Below, piece by piece: positions 1-13,316 of a stretch of DNA of 64,000 nt. The position numbers and the translations under genes are program-made. The notes beneath the pieces were generated by a model that saw only the letters and a program-made list of their open reading frames with translations, searched no databases and was not told where the DNA came from. Numbering within the stretch: position 1 is the first letter of the stretch; each line of letters starts with the position of its first letter. The DNA is from Camelus dromedarius. Lineage: Eukaryota. The stretch lies in the NCBI RefSeq assembly GCF_036321535.1, contig NC_087436.1, positions 71,488,001 to 71,552,000 on the forward strand, in the 5' to 3' direction.

Positions 1-28
1 GCTCATGATTTCTTGCCTTCTCTTTCAG

Positions 29-390
29 GACAAGCATTAGAACAGACAACGCATGTGCTGTGGGTGAAGTTACTCCTAGACTTGAGGAAGCATCAGCAAT
101 TTGGGTAGTTTGTGTTTTGTGAGTGTGTGTGTTTTTCTGAGAGAGAAAAAAAAAAGCATTTAAATTTTACTTTTTGATTTAATTCTTCTTTTAATACAGA
201 AAAAAATCCAAAAAAGTTTACATCCTTCCCCAATATCTCTGTAATAGTAAAACATCTTTAAATCTGGTGTATTTTTACTATGGTGTCAAGCCATATTAGC
301 TCAAAATTTAAATAGAAGAGCAGACACAGTGGGTCACATTTGCTCAGATTTATTCTAACTTATATTCAATAAAAATGGAAATTTCCTAGA
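29..390 (+). other. Candidate terminal exon (short coding end plus 3' UTR) of an unidentified gene entering from the left
   Basis: Strong acceptor tttcttgccttctctttcag|G (AG at 27-28). All three frames stop within about 95 nt (phase 0 gives DKH*). Non-repeat AT-rich sequence follows, with AATAAA at 368-373. The 3' end is estimated. Confidence 0.4.
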
Positions 391-1109
391 TATGTTAATA
401 ATTACAATACTTAAAGTAAATTAGCAGGACTTTTTATATGTTTAAATTGTCTCTCACCAGCAAAGACCTTGACTGGTTTTCAAGTTGATAATTGTACTTT
501 CCATAGTAATGGCATTGTATACTTTTCTTCAAAGTGCCTTAGCATACACAATATCCTTGGGATAAACTTATAAGTAGGTTAGGTGGTTATTATCCCATTT
601 TTCTGTGGGTAAATGGAAATCTGAGAAAGATCTAAGACTTCCACTTGCTCAAGATTATTTAGAGACAACAGCAAGACATTAGTTATCCTGACCTGCTAAC
701 TATCCAAGTGCTCTCTCTCTCTGAATCTTTCTCCTTCTTACCACGTTACATCTGTATTGTTCTTGAGGCCTTTAAATGTAGGACCAAAAAGACATTTGGT
801 TTCTTTCTCCATTATCTGGCTTCTCCCTTTTATACTTAAAAACTGTCATCGGAAGAGATTCTTCCTAATGTTAAGCTCTGTGTTTCCTGCCTCCAATATG
901 AAGGAAAGATGATAGTCCTAATGGCTCAGACTGGGTATGCTATAGCAAGACGCATGTGAGTTAAGAAAATCACAAGTCATTAATAAACGAGATTGTCTCA
1001 GCCGCCAACATCATTCTCTTGAAACTCCTCAACTGCTTTATGTCACTTTTCTTCTACAGTTTGTTCTTTAGAGAGTAAAGAGATTTTAAAACTTACCAAT
1101 TTTGTAAAA

Positions 1110-2097
1110 ACTTAATTCAAGTTGTGTCATTTCCTAACTTAGTACCATCCAGTGGTTTTCCATTACCTTTAGAGGAGTGTCCAACTTCTTAATAAGGCCC
1201 TTGAGATCCTAGTTGATCGGGTCCCTGCATTGGTTAGCCATTGCCATAATAGTACTTTAAAAACAACCACAAAACTCAAGTATTTCAATCATTTATTCTC
1301 ATAGATCTGCTAGTTGGCTGAGTTGGTCTCACTGGAGCAGAACTGCTTCAGGCTGCAACAGTTTAGAAGGTTCCACATGCGTCTCTCATCCTTCTCCTGG
1401 GACCAATGAACTAGCTGCAGTAGAAATGGAAATGTGCCCGACTTCTTAAATCTCTGGTCAGAACTGGCATCCTGTCCTCTCTGCCCACTTGCCATTAGCC
1501 AAAGAACATTATGTGGATGATTCCAAGGTTGAAGAGCAAAAGATACATTGTAATCTCAATGAGACAGTGAGAGGTAAAGGACTGGGGCCAGTTATTGATA
1601 TACCACATGCTTTAACCTCATCTTCTAATATTTTCTCCTATTTCAACTCCTTTTTCCCTAGACTGGGATTTTTGTTGTTCCTCAAGTGTACAGGCTCATC
1701 CCAACTTCAGGGCACCAGCCTTTACTGTTCTCTCCCTGGAATAGATTTCTCCTAGACATTTCATGAGAGAATGGGTTCATTCTCTCATTTTGTCCAAATA
1801 CCTCTTAAGTGCCAACTCCTTTGGAAATCCTTCCCTGATTACCATATCTAAAATAGCTACCACACCTACTACACATATACATATCTCATCATTTTCCATT
1901 CTGTTATCTTGCTTTAATTTTCTTTATAGGAGTTATCCAAAGCACTATAAAAAACTCTGTGTATCTCCATCATTCTGTTACAAGTTCCTTGAGGGATCTG
2001 TTTTGTCTGTCTTGTTCATTGGTATTTTTCCAGCACCTAGGATTCTGTCTGGCACATAAGAAACTGTCTACAAGTACTGGTTGAATGGGTAAATGAA
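1110..2097 (+). mobile_element. L2 LINE 3' portion, split by a MaLR LTR
   Basis: L2-like text (ccagtggttttccattaccttta...; caagttccttgagggatctgttttgtctgtcttgttcatt...gcacctagg...tctggcacata) ending in ttgaatgggtaaatgaa. Confidence 0.75.
1226..1607 (-). mobile_element. MaLR solo LTR (MLT1H/I-like)
   Basis: Reverse-strand MLT1 motifs (aacaaccacaaaactc, atttattctc, cagaactggca, ccattagccaaag) with TG...CA ends. Nested in L2. Confidence 0.7.
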
Positions 2098-3902
2098 AGC
2101 CATTCCTATTAGAGCTGGAAGCAGGCCATTCAAAAGTGAGCCTATTCATCACTGGATCTGATCCTCAAGACTAGGGATCAGAAGTTCCTTCATAAATTCT
2201 CCTGTCCAGGAAGATGCAGTTACCTTCCAGACCCAGTGAAGAATTTGAGTTCCCATGGATCCTTTGTTATATATTTGGCCATAGAATGAGAGAACGTGCA
2301 TTTTTAATTAAGGAGCCATAAATGCCTATGTCACAGAATAGCATCAGGACATTCTGCTAAATGAATGCAGCAAGCAGAAAAGCTCTCTCAGTCCTGCCAA
2401 GAAAGAAGGCCTTTCACCTGGTTGCTAAGTCTCCAGGCAGTTTAGAACTATCTTGTATTTCTTCTTAGCTGACAGAATCAAGAGAAAGAAACAAGATGTG
2501 AATTTTACCTGAACCCAGCAAAGGCCTCAAACAGCACAGTTCAGGGAAGGATGCCAGCTTGAGTGAGGCATTTTTGGAGTCTCAGACCCTATGTGGGCCT
2601 TCAGTGTCTCCAGCTCACACTAATAGGCTTTGCAAGACTGTGTTTGGCTTCAAGGAGGCCATTAATGGAGTTCAGATTGAACCTGTGCAGTTTTAGTTTT
2701 AGAATGTCTCCTTAAAATTTTATAGGGAGCTTAGTTCTTACAAAATTTTCAGAAAGGTAGCCAGGCTTTTGTTTGAAAACATGATGAGATGCCTGCCTTA
2801 ATAATAATGGTAATGGCCACAGTAATAACAGGAGCAACTGGCAGACAAAAAGATAGGAAACTACAGGCTCCACCAGGTTACTCTGGATACTTGTTTATAA
2901 AGTTCAAGGGCTGCTGAAACAGAATAATGACCAACTCTCTTGGAATGTGCCATGAATTCTCTGTGGGTTTTTTGCTTTTTGTTTTTAGTTTTTAATTTCT
3001 CGGGGATTGAAAGGAGAGGAAGGCAGAATGACGCTGATACTTTCCATCACTGCTTTCTTCTTCTGATTCAGCACAGTTTTTACAAAAACCCAAGTTCCAA
3101 CAAAAATACTCATGCCAGCATATTCTTCAAGGAAAAAGAATGTCCTGCTCTGTCTTTATGATCACATTTGCATGTGGGTAAGATCCAGCAGAGCATGAAT
3201 GTGCCAAAGCATTGGTAGAAAGAAATTACCTTCCCCTCCTTCCCTACCTCTGGTTTTTCTGAAACATAATTCACCCAACGGGAGGGGCAAATGTGGAATA
3301 GGGCCGCGAACATATACCTTTGACCCCAGGCTTTCTGAATTTTTGGTTTTAAGCAGAACTTGAATATTCAAGGGCTGTGTAGACATAATAGGATTTCTTT
3401 GTTTGGATGTTGGGGGAAGTTGGGGTTTAGGACTAAAAAAGAGTAAATACCAGAAACTCAGGAAAATTCTTGAGCTTCAAACCACTGTCACAAAATAATG
3501 CTGGGCTGAGTTATATGTAAATGAATCAGAATTTAGAATATCCAGAGGAAAAATGTTCTGAATATGTTTTTGGGGGGGGGGGTCCTACAAATTCCAAAAT
3601 ATTTTTTAGATGTTTTGGAAAAAATACTTTGAGGATGTGTTTGCTAAATCCAATACCTAGTCATAGTGTTCTTATTGCTGAGTGTTATCAAAAAGAGGCA
3701 AAAAGTGAATTGTTTTTCAGATTGCCAGTGGCCTGCAATGAAAGAGCAAACCACAAACACCAGCATGAGCAAGAAATAACCCTACTACTCCAAGGAGTTA
3801 GATTAGCTGTCCAATCACAAAAACAAAGCAACAGAATTTTCTTCCTTTATACCCACAAAATAAACTATTTGAGAAAAGTATCTCATTCATACTTGAATTC
3901 TC

Positions 3903-6150
3903 AGCATGACTCCACTCTCATAGTTGAAAACTTCAATCCCCTTCTCTCAGAAATAGACAGATCCAGCAGGCAGAAAATCAGGAAGGGTGTAGTTGAACTC
4001 AATAATACCATCAGTCAATTGTATATATTGACATCAATGTACTACTTCAACAACAGCGGAATACACATTTTCTCAAGTTCACATTGGAATTTTCACCAAG
4101 ATAGCCCACATTATGAGCCATAAAATACATCCTAATAAATTTAAAAGAATAAAAATCATACAATTACTGTTCTCAAACCACAAGGAATTAAACTAGAAAT
4201 AACTAAAAAAAGGTAACTGGAAAATTCCTAAATACATGAGGATTAAACAACGTATTTCTAAACAACACATGGACCAAAGAAGTAATCTCAAGAGAAATTT
4301 TAAAATATTTTGAGCTAAATCAAATTGAGAACACAATTTACCAAAATTTGTGGGATGTAGTGAACGTAGTGCTTAGAGGGAAAATTACAGCATTAAATGC
4401 ATATATTAGAAAAGAAGAAATATCTAAAAGCAATTATCTAAGTACCATTTTAGAAAACTAGAAAACAAGAGCAAATTAAATCCACGGTAATCAGAAGAAA
4501 AGGAATAATAATAATTAGAGCAGAAATCAATAAAACTGAAACAGGAAAGCAATGTAGAAAATCAATGAAACTCAAAATTAATTTAATTTAAAGGATCAAT
4601 AAAATCTACAAACCAGGCTAATGAAGAGAGAGGACACAAATTACTAACATCAGAAATGGAAGGAAAATATCACTTTAATTACCCACAGAAACTAAAAAGA
4701 TAATAAAAGAATACCATGAACAAGTCTAGGCCCACAAATTTGAAAACCTAGATGAAATGGACCAACTCCTTTGAAAGACAAAATCTGCCAGAACTCACAC
4801 AGGAAGAAATAAATAATCTGAATAGGCCTATATCTATTAAAGAAATAGAATCAATAATTAATAATCTTTCAAAACAGAAAACACCAGGCCAAAAGGGTTC
4901 ACTGGTGAATTCTACCAAATATTTAAGAAAGAAATTATACCATGTGTCTACATTCTGTTTCAGAAAACAAAAGAGAGGGAATGTCTTCTAACTCACTCTA
5001 TTAGGGAAAAATTACCCTAACATTAAAACCAGACAAAGACATTACAAGAGAAACAAATCTCATTAACACAGACGTAAAAATCTTCAACAAAATATTAGCA
5101 AATCAAATCCAAAAAAGTATAAAAAATAATTATATACTGTGACCTCCAAGTGGGATCTATCCCAGGTATGCAAGGCTGAGCCAAAGACCTTAACATACAT
5201 CTCACCCAAGATGTATAGATGACAAATAAGCACATAAAAAAGATGCTTCATATCATACATCATCAGAGAAATGCAAATTAAAACAGCAATGAGATACCCT
5301 TACACACCCATTAGAATGGCCAAAATCTGGCCTAACACCAAAGCTTGGCAAAGATGTGGAACAACAGAAACCCTCATAGATTGCTGGTGGGAAGGCAAAA
5401 TAGTACAACTATTTTGGAAGGCTAGTTTGGTGGTTTCTTACAATACTAAATATACTCTTACCATATGATCTAGCATTGCGCTCCTTGGTATTAACGCAAA
5501 GGAGCTGAAAACTTATGTCCACTCAAAAGCCTGCATGGATGGTCAAAAGTTGAAGCAACCAAGATATCCTTCATTAGGTGAGTGGATAAACAAACTGTGG
5601 TTCATTCAGACAATGGTGCTCATTCAGTGCTAAAAAGAACTGAGCTATCAAGCCATGAAAAGCCATGGAGAACCTTAAATGCATATTACTAAGTGAAAAG
5701 AGTCAATCTGAGAAGGTGACATACTCTATGATTCCAATTACATGCCATTCTGGGAAAAGCAAAACTATGAACAATAAAAAAGTCAGTGGTTTCCAGGAAT
5801 AGGGAGAAGAAGTTCACAGAGAGAGATAAGGCAGAGCACAGGGGATTCTGGGGACAGTGAAAATACTGTGTATGATATTTTAATAATAAATGTGTGCAAT
5901 TATAATTTTTCCAAACTCAGTGAATGCCCAAGAGTGAAACTTTAGGTAAACTATGGACTTTGGGTAATTATGACATGTCAACAAAGGTTCATCCTTGGTT
6001 AAAAAGAAAAAATACCATTCTGGTGAGTGATATGGGGCAGGCTCAGAATGTGTCAGGGTTAGGGTGTACATGAGAAATCTCTGAACCTTCCTTTCAGTTT
6101 TATTGTAAATTTGAAACTTTCCAGAAAAAAATGAAGGTTTAAAAAAAATA
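3903..6150 (+). mobile_element. Old L1 (L1MC1/2-like): ORF2 remnant and 3' UTR with a large internal deletion near 5178
   Basis: ORF-track peptides are L1 ORF2-like (IVENFNPLLSEIDRSSRQKI; LTQEEINNLNRPISIKEIE; MQIKTAMRYPYTPIRMAKI). The sequence jumps from ccaggtatgcaaggctg (IPGMQG) to gccaaagaccttaac. The 3' UTR carries gtaaactatggactttgggt. Confidence 0.9.
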
Positions 6151-6164
6151 GACACACAAAAAAT

Positions 6165-6335
6165 AGTTGAAGGGCTTTGGAAGTTTTACCCTGGAGAAGA
6201 AAAAATAATATTAACCTGTCTTTGTAAATTTGAGTTTTATGTAGATTAGGCAGTTGGCCTTTTCTTTGTGGACCCTGAGGATAGAATTACAAGTAAGTAG
6301 ACTTCAACTTGATATTAAAAAGGGCTTTCTAAGTT
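6165..6335 (+). mobile_element. CR1/L3 3' fragment
   Basis: ccctggagaaga...tctttgtggaccctgaggatagaatta...aaagggctttctaa resembles the L3 3' region. Confidence 0.5.
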
Positions 6336-6654
6336 TTAAATCTATCAGCTATATGAGAGCAGTATTTATCTATGTCTTGTTCATCTTTGTATGATCAATG
6401 CCTACAAAATGCTTGGTATGTGGAAAGTACCCAGTAAAGTTTCACTGACTGAGTAGTCAGTAAGTTCCTTATCTCTAGGACCTAAAATATAGATTATACA
6501 ACCTCTGGCAGGGGTTTGGCATTGGTTGATAAGGGATAAAGCAATTGTTTTCATATTTCTAGTTTTTGTTTTCTTTTTAGCAGCTGAGTCCTTGTTTTTG
6601 TAAGAGTTCTTGGTACTTTTTTCAGCCTTGGGTTGAAATACCTCAAGGGAAGAA

Positions 6655-7775
6655 CAAACCCCTAGTAGGACCACGAGCTTGCCTCCTCTCACAACTACAA
6701 CAAACCAAAACTAACTGCTAAACAACCATCAAAAAAAAAAAAAAAAAAAAAAGACTGGATCCTAGCAAAAATGATCTTCTTCCACTGGAAACATAAAGGA
6801 GGGAACCACAACAGGACAGTAGGAGAGGCATGTTCGTGATAAAATTGGGCCCCATACCCCCTGGATGGGTGACCCACAAACTGAAGAATAATTAAGTTGC
6901 AGAGGCCCTCCCACAGGAGTGAGAGTTCTGAGCCCCACATCAGTCTCCCCAGGCCAGGGTTCTGGCATTGGGAAGAGGAGACCCCAGAACATCTGATTTT
7001 GAAGGCCAGAGTGGCTTAACTGAAGCAGCTCTATGGGACTGGGGAAAACAGAGATTCATTCTCTTGGGAAGTGCACACAGAATCTTGCATGAGCTGGGAC
7101 CAAGGGCAGAGGCAGTGATATCATAGGAAACTGAGCTAGACGTACCTGCTGGTTTAGGAAGTTCTCCTGGGGAGTTAGGGGGTGGCTGTGGCTCACCCTG
7201 GGGATGTAAAAGCTGGTGGCTGACATTTGGGTTGTGTTCATCTACATGAGCTTCCCTGGAGGCTGGCATCTTGATTGGGTCATTAGCGCCAAGACCCAGC
7301 CCCACCAAATAGCCCGTAGGCCTAAGTGCTGAGAAGCCTCAGGCCAAACAACATACAGGGTGAGAACACAGCCCCACCTGTCAGCAGACTTCCTAAGCCC
7401 ACAGCTACCTCTAGACATGCCCCTAGACATGGCACTACCCACCAGAGGGCCAGGACCCTCCACCCAGCACTGGGCAGGCACCAACCCCTCCTGCCAGGAA
7501 ACATGCATAAGCCTCTAGTCCAGCCTCACCCACCAGGGGACAGGCACCAGAAGTAAGAAAACAACAATCCCAAAGCCTGTGGAAGGAACTTGCAAATGCA
7601 GGCCAGACTCTACACCGCTACTGGCTGGACCCTGGTTCTTGGGTGACAAGAGAAGAGTGCACTGCTGGGATGCATAGTACCTCTCCTACAGAGGGCCACT
7701 TCTCCAAGGTCAAGAAACATAATTAACCTACATAAAAACACAATCGAAATTCAGACAGTATGAAATGGCAGAGTT
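6655..7775 (+). mobile_element. Orphan L1 5' UTR ending at about the ORF1 start
   Basis: Colinear with 19409-20510 (cccatacccc, aggagtgaga, gccccacat/gctccacat, cccagaacatctgattttgaa/cccagagtgtctggctttgaa, tctcctgg, ggccactt). No ORF1 body follows. Confidence 0.8.
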
Positions 7776-8339
7776 CTGACATAGAAACCCAACATATAAA
7801 ATAGACAAAATCAGAGAAGCTTTGTTGACCTGGCTGGCAGGAACCTAGATCTACAACTGCTACACATACTACTTTGTCCCTATAGCATCCCCAAGAAGCA
7901 AAAATCTGTCCGTTTTAAAATTCTAAGATTCTAGGAACTCCAGATACTAGTCCTGGAGTAATATAACCTTTATTTGCTCAATTTCTTCATATAAACTAAG
8001 ATTTGCTTATGATTGATTTTGCTTTCATATTTAAAATTGCATGATGCAAATAAAGTATTTAAAATACAATAAATGTGAGATGTCAGATGAGACATAGAAA
8101 AGCAGAAAGAAACTAATGTTTAGTGAGCACTTACAATATGTCAGACCTCATACTAGGTTCATTATGTTCAGTAATTATAAAATTTAAGTTTAGGAAAAAT
8201 TACTTCTGAATGGGCTAACAAAGAAGACCTCATGGAGGAGGGAGAATCTGAGCTAAATCTAGAATAGTCTTCAATAGGTAAAAAAAGAAAAAAATGCCCA
8301 AGTCAAGTCTTAATTTTTTGTTTTTTAAAAATACAGGAC

Positions 8340-9070
8340 TACAATATAGTAACTTTGTGAAGAAATTCCAAAAGCTTCATGCCATTACATATAAACATTT
8401 AGAACCATATCAAAACAAGTTAAAAACAAATCCCCCATCACCAGCAGTGGGACAAATCAACACCATATACCTCCTGATATGGTCCATGGAGAACAACACA
8501 TCTTTATTCACTTCCTGACAGAAGCAAACAACCTGAATCTAATCATGAAGAATATTGACAAACCCAAACTAAAGGATGTCCTACAACATAACTGACCTGC
8601 ACACTTCACAAGTGTCGATGTCAAGAAACACAAAGACTGAGGAACTGTTTGAAATGAAGAGACCAAAGAGGCATGACACCCAAATGAAACACGTGATCTT
8701 GGGTTTTGTTTTGCTAAAACGGATGTTCTTGGGCCAATTGGCAAAATCTGAATAAAGGCTATAGATTAGACAATTATGGTGTATCAATGTTATTTGTCTA
8801 ATTGTGATAATTGCACTTGGGTTATGTAAGCAAATTATTTTAGGATATACACATTAAAGCATTTATGGATAAGAGGGCATCCTGTCTCCATCTTACCCTC
8901 AAATGGTTTAGAAAAAATTTCACACACACACACACACACAGAAAGAGAAGTATAAAGCAAATGTGGTAAAATGTTAATATGTGCAGAAACTTAGTGAAGT
9001 ATATATAGGAATTCTTTCTACTATTCTTACAGCTTTTCTGTAGGTCTGAAATTATATCAAAATTTAAAAG
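8340..9070 (+). mobile_element. Old L1 3' UTR (L1MC4/5-like)
   Basis: aacctgaatctaatcatgaag...acaaacccaaact...gactgaggaactgtt...caattggcaaaatctgaata...ttctgtaggtctgaaatt. Confidence 0.8.
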
Positions 9071-9999
9071 TCATAGGAAAAAAACAAGGAGAAAAATAAA
9101 GTAATATTTCTATTTGTAAAAAAAGGGAAAATTACTGAAATCACTGAACATACTAGAGGAACAGTATAATTCGCATCAAGAAAGATAGTTCTTTACTTTG
9201 GAAAATTATTTATGGGTCTCTTGGGTGTTAAATGTGCAGCTTCTCACTGGAGAATCTGGAAGAAAATGGTATAGCAGAGAGAGAGCTGAATTATTATGCA
9301 TAATGAAGTAAAACAAAATTTATTTACTTCAGATAAACTGAAGGTGGGGCTCAAAAATAAACAGAAAGAAGAAATGTAAGTCAGCAATAGGGAAGGAAAA
9401 ACACAAGAAGTTCTAAATCTGAGCCTAAGGAAATAACCAGCAAGAAATGTCTTGAGAGGGAAGTAGTTGATGAAATTGTTGGACAACAACGCCTGATATT
9501 AAAGTTACTATTTTTTATATCATGCTGGATGATAATTCTCCTCACTACTCCAAATATTTAATATATAACAGCCTTTCATTTGAAACACTTTAATTGAAAT
9601 GGGAATGAGGGTCATATCATATGTGAGACAAAGCAGTTTGAGAAGACAGCAATATCAGGAAAAGAAATACAGAGAAAAGACTGAGAATTCAGTGGATTTG
9701 TAAAATTACAGGAAAAGGTGACCAGAACAATGTAAAACTTTCAAAATCCTTGAGTTGGTGTGAGGGGAGAATTCTAAGTTTCTTATGACATCTTTGTGAG
9801 GACAGGAGATTTAACCACTCTTTTTAAATATTAAAGGTCAAGTGACCCAAGAAGATTAGAAAACTTGGAAATGTAAGACTGCATATCTTTAGTTGCATTG
9901 GCATAACTAGATATTAAATAATATGATCAATAAAAGTGATTTTTTTCTACTAAGTCTCTTGTTAATACAATCCCATAACTGCACTTCAAGGGATCTATC

Positions 10000-10530
10000 T
10001 GTGTTCACCAGCCTCCAAGATGGCCTTCAGTGATTTTCACCTCCTGATGCCCACGTCTTCCTACATTAAATGGGGTAACTTGGGAAATAAAAGAGATACT
10101 GAAAAAATTATGGATCATGATTTCTGAGATGACATCATAAAAAAACATTGTGGCTTCTGCCTTACTTTCTCTTAGGTCACTTGCTCTGGGCAAGCCAACT
10201 TCCATGCTGTAAGGACCCTCAAGCAGCTCACGGAAAAGCCCACTAAATGAAGAATTAAGGCTTCTGTCAACAGCCAAGATCAGCTTACCTGGTGATGAGG
10301 GTGAGTCACATTGGAAGCAAATCCTACTACCCTAGTCAAGCCTTCAGATAACTGTAGCTCCAGCTGACATCTTGATTGTAATCTAATTATTAGAGACCTT
10401 GAGCCACAACCACCCAGCTAAGCTGCTTCCAAATTCCTAAACACAAAAACTACGGGATAGTAAGTATTTATAACTGTTTTAATACATTACATGTTGGGAT
10501 AATTTGTTATGCAGCAAAAGATAACTCATA
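10000..10530 (+). mobile_element. MaLR solo LTR (MLT1F/G-like)
   Basis: cagcctccaagatggcc...gtcaagccttcagataactgtagctccagctgacatcttga...cacccagctaagctgcttccaaattcct...aatttgttatgcagca. Confidence 0.85.
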
Positions 10531-10860
10531 TATTCTCCAAAAGTAATAATCAGAAAGTTTATCTAACATTCATGTGTAAGTTCAATACAGTATCATTTAT
10601 AATAGCAAAAACTGGAATAACCTGTTTCTAAATAGAAAGTATTTTTAATGACTTATTTTATAGCAATATCATAATAAAAGCTAAAATTTACTAGATTTTT
10701 TTCTGTCCAGACACTGGATAGAAGGATATACTTTGTATTCATTAAAAATAATAGTTTTGAAGAATACAAAACAACATAGTCATAATGTAATGTGAAGTGA
10801 AATAAACAGCATACAAAACTATATATATAGTATGATTACATATTTTGTAAATATAGTTCT

Positions 10861-11738
10861 TTTTTTTAATTGAGTTATAGTCAGTTTACAATGGAGTGTC
10901 CATTTCTGGTGTACAGAACAATTCTTCATTCATACATGAATATATATATATATTCTTTTTCATATTCTTTTTCACCATGATCTAGTACAAAATATTTAAT
11001 ATATTTCCCTGTGCTATACAGTATAAACTTGTTTATCTATTTATATATACCAATCAGTATCTGCAAATCTTGAACTCTCAGTTTATCCCTTCCCACCCAC
11101 CTCCCCTGGCAACCACAAGTCTGTATTCTATGTCTGTGAGTCTGTTTCTGTTTTAAAAATAAGTTCATTTGTCTTTTTTTTTAGATTCCACGTGTGAATG
11201 ATATCATATGGTATTTTTCTTTCTCTTTCTGGCTTACTTCACTTAGAATGACATTCTCCAGGGACATCCATGTTGCTGCAAATGGCATTATTCTATCATT
11301 TTTATGGCTAAGTAGTATTCCATTGTATAAATATACCACAACTTCTTTATTCAGTCATCTGTTGATGGACATTTAGGCTGTTTTCATGTCTTGGCTATTC
11401 TAAATTGTGCTGCTATGAACATTGGGGTTCAGGTGTCTTTTTGGATTAGGGTCCCCTCTGGATATATGCCCAGGAGTAGGATTGCTGGGTCATATGGTAA
11501 GTCTATTCCTGGTCTTTCGAGGAAACGCCATACTGTTTTCCACAATGGCTGCATCAAACTGCATTCCTACCAACAGTGTAGTTCTTCTGCCCATTTTTGG
11601 ATTAGGTTGTTTGTTTTTTCTTATTTAGTCATATGAGCTCTTTATATATTCTGGAAATCAAGCCCTTGTCAGTTCATCTTTTGCCAATATTTTCTCCCAT
11701 TCCATAGGTTGTCTTTTTGTTTTGCTTATGGTTTCCTT
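10861..11738 (-). mobile_element. 5'-truncated camelid-type L1 with a 13-bp TSD and an internal deletion of about 195 bp
   Basis: Poly-T at the left end. TSD taaatatagttct at 10848-10860 and 11739-11751. Colinear with 13317-14573 except for a gap at 11580. Inserted in an older L1M 3' remnant. Confidence 0.92.
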
Positions 11739-12059
11739 TAAATATAGTTCTCTTAATATACAACATATATTTATAATTACTTATGCTTATATTTTTATAA
11801 AATGGAAGTCAAATAAACACACATGCAAAAGAAAAACATTGGCACCCAATACAACAAATGTTAACAGTAGTTAATCCTGGTTGAGGTAGGAATGATTTTG
11901 GTATTTAAATTATCTTCTTTTTCTGTAGTTTTCCAAGATGTATGTATTACTTTTATCATCTCATTTTTTAAATAATAGAAAATTTGCCAGAGCACAAAAT
12001 GTGGGAACAAAAGGAAGTGTGAGATGATGCCCACTCACAGAATTTGATTTCTGGGAAAG

Positions 12060-12215
12060 CCATCTATTTCAACATCCTCATTTTACATATGAAATACCTG
12101 AGACTCAGGAGAGTTAGGTAATGCCCTTGAAGTTCACCTACTTGGTAACAGCAAAACCTGAAGGGAAACTCGAGTTTCCTAGTCGCTGATCCAATTTTCT
12201 CTTTACTACACTATG
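12060..12215 (-). mobile_element. MIR SINE
   Basis: cctcattttacatatgaaatacctgagactcaggagagttaggtaatgccc is MIR core-like. Confidence 0.65.
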
Positions 12216-13316
12216 TTACTGCCAAGAAATCAAAAGCAAAGGCATCACAGGACCTCAAGAAAGAGGGCATACTTGAGAAAAATGGCCAAAATAAAAATAA
12301 TGGTTAACCAACTCTGAGCAGTCATCCCTGCAAAAGGAAAATCATGTTCTAGGCAGGCAGGCACCAACTTTAAGTGCTCAAACAAATCAGTATTTAAGGA
12401 CTTTAGAGCCACCACAACAGGTGACCTTAGTTAGAAAGGGAGTCAGGCTAGACCCATTAAGGCTTTGACCTGAATTGATCCATAACTAACCTCTTTATAG
12501 GCAAGTGAAAAGGTAAATGTTATTTCATCACCTGATGAATGGGAACTTAACTTACTGCTGCTGCCTCAGCCATTCTTAACACATCAGAACAACTCGTATA
12601 TACCTTCTCTCTCTACCTCCTTACTTGGGCTGCCATGCAGACCGATACTGGTAGCTAGCCACAGCACAGATATTTATAAGTCCTTTGGAGGGTTCCTTGT
12701 GTAGGAGGGTTCCCCTTTCTCCACAGCCTTTGGAAAGCTCTAAATGGAGAATGAAAGAACCTCTCATATGAAGGAAAATATTAACAGCTGACTATTTTCT
12801 TATAGAAGAGGCCTACCTGGTTAGTAATTTGGGCTTTATTAGTAGTTGGGGAAAAAATTTGGGAAAACTTACAGAAACCATAAAAACTATCTGCAAACAT
12901 TTAGAAGATACTAAGTTCGTATGTACCCTATTGCTTCCAGCTCTAGCAAAATGATCCAGAAATAAGCAAACAAAAACCACCCACATTTACTCCCATCCGT
13001 TTGTTGTCTCTTGCATAGTAAAATGTTTAATTATCAGAAATAAAAGACCTCTACCTGAAAACTTTTCAGAGCACTGACATACCATCACAAGAAATTAATA
13101 TTAAAACTTTCATGTTGTTAAGGAATTTCCGAGGAATCCTCAATTTTTGGCCTATGATCAATGGTGGGATATATGGTGCTTTTGAGAAAATATGAAGCAA
13201 CATGTAATTACTTGAGAAACTTCAAAAGAATCCATTGGCTCATCAGTAAGAAAGAACTATTGCTTGGCTATTTAATCCTAAACATCAAACAAGACTATGG
13301 CTATTGCTTTAGTGTT

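Noticed and set aside
3521..4123. 200-aa ORF
   Set aside because: Chance fusion of non-coding sequence to a decayed L1 endonuclease fragment. No support for expression.
6695..7556. Cluster of overlapping ORFs in GC-richer DNA (likewise 19720-20270)
   Set aside because: They lie within L1 5' UTR sequence, where higher GC lengthens chance ORFs.
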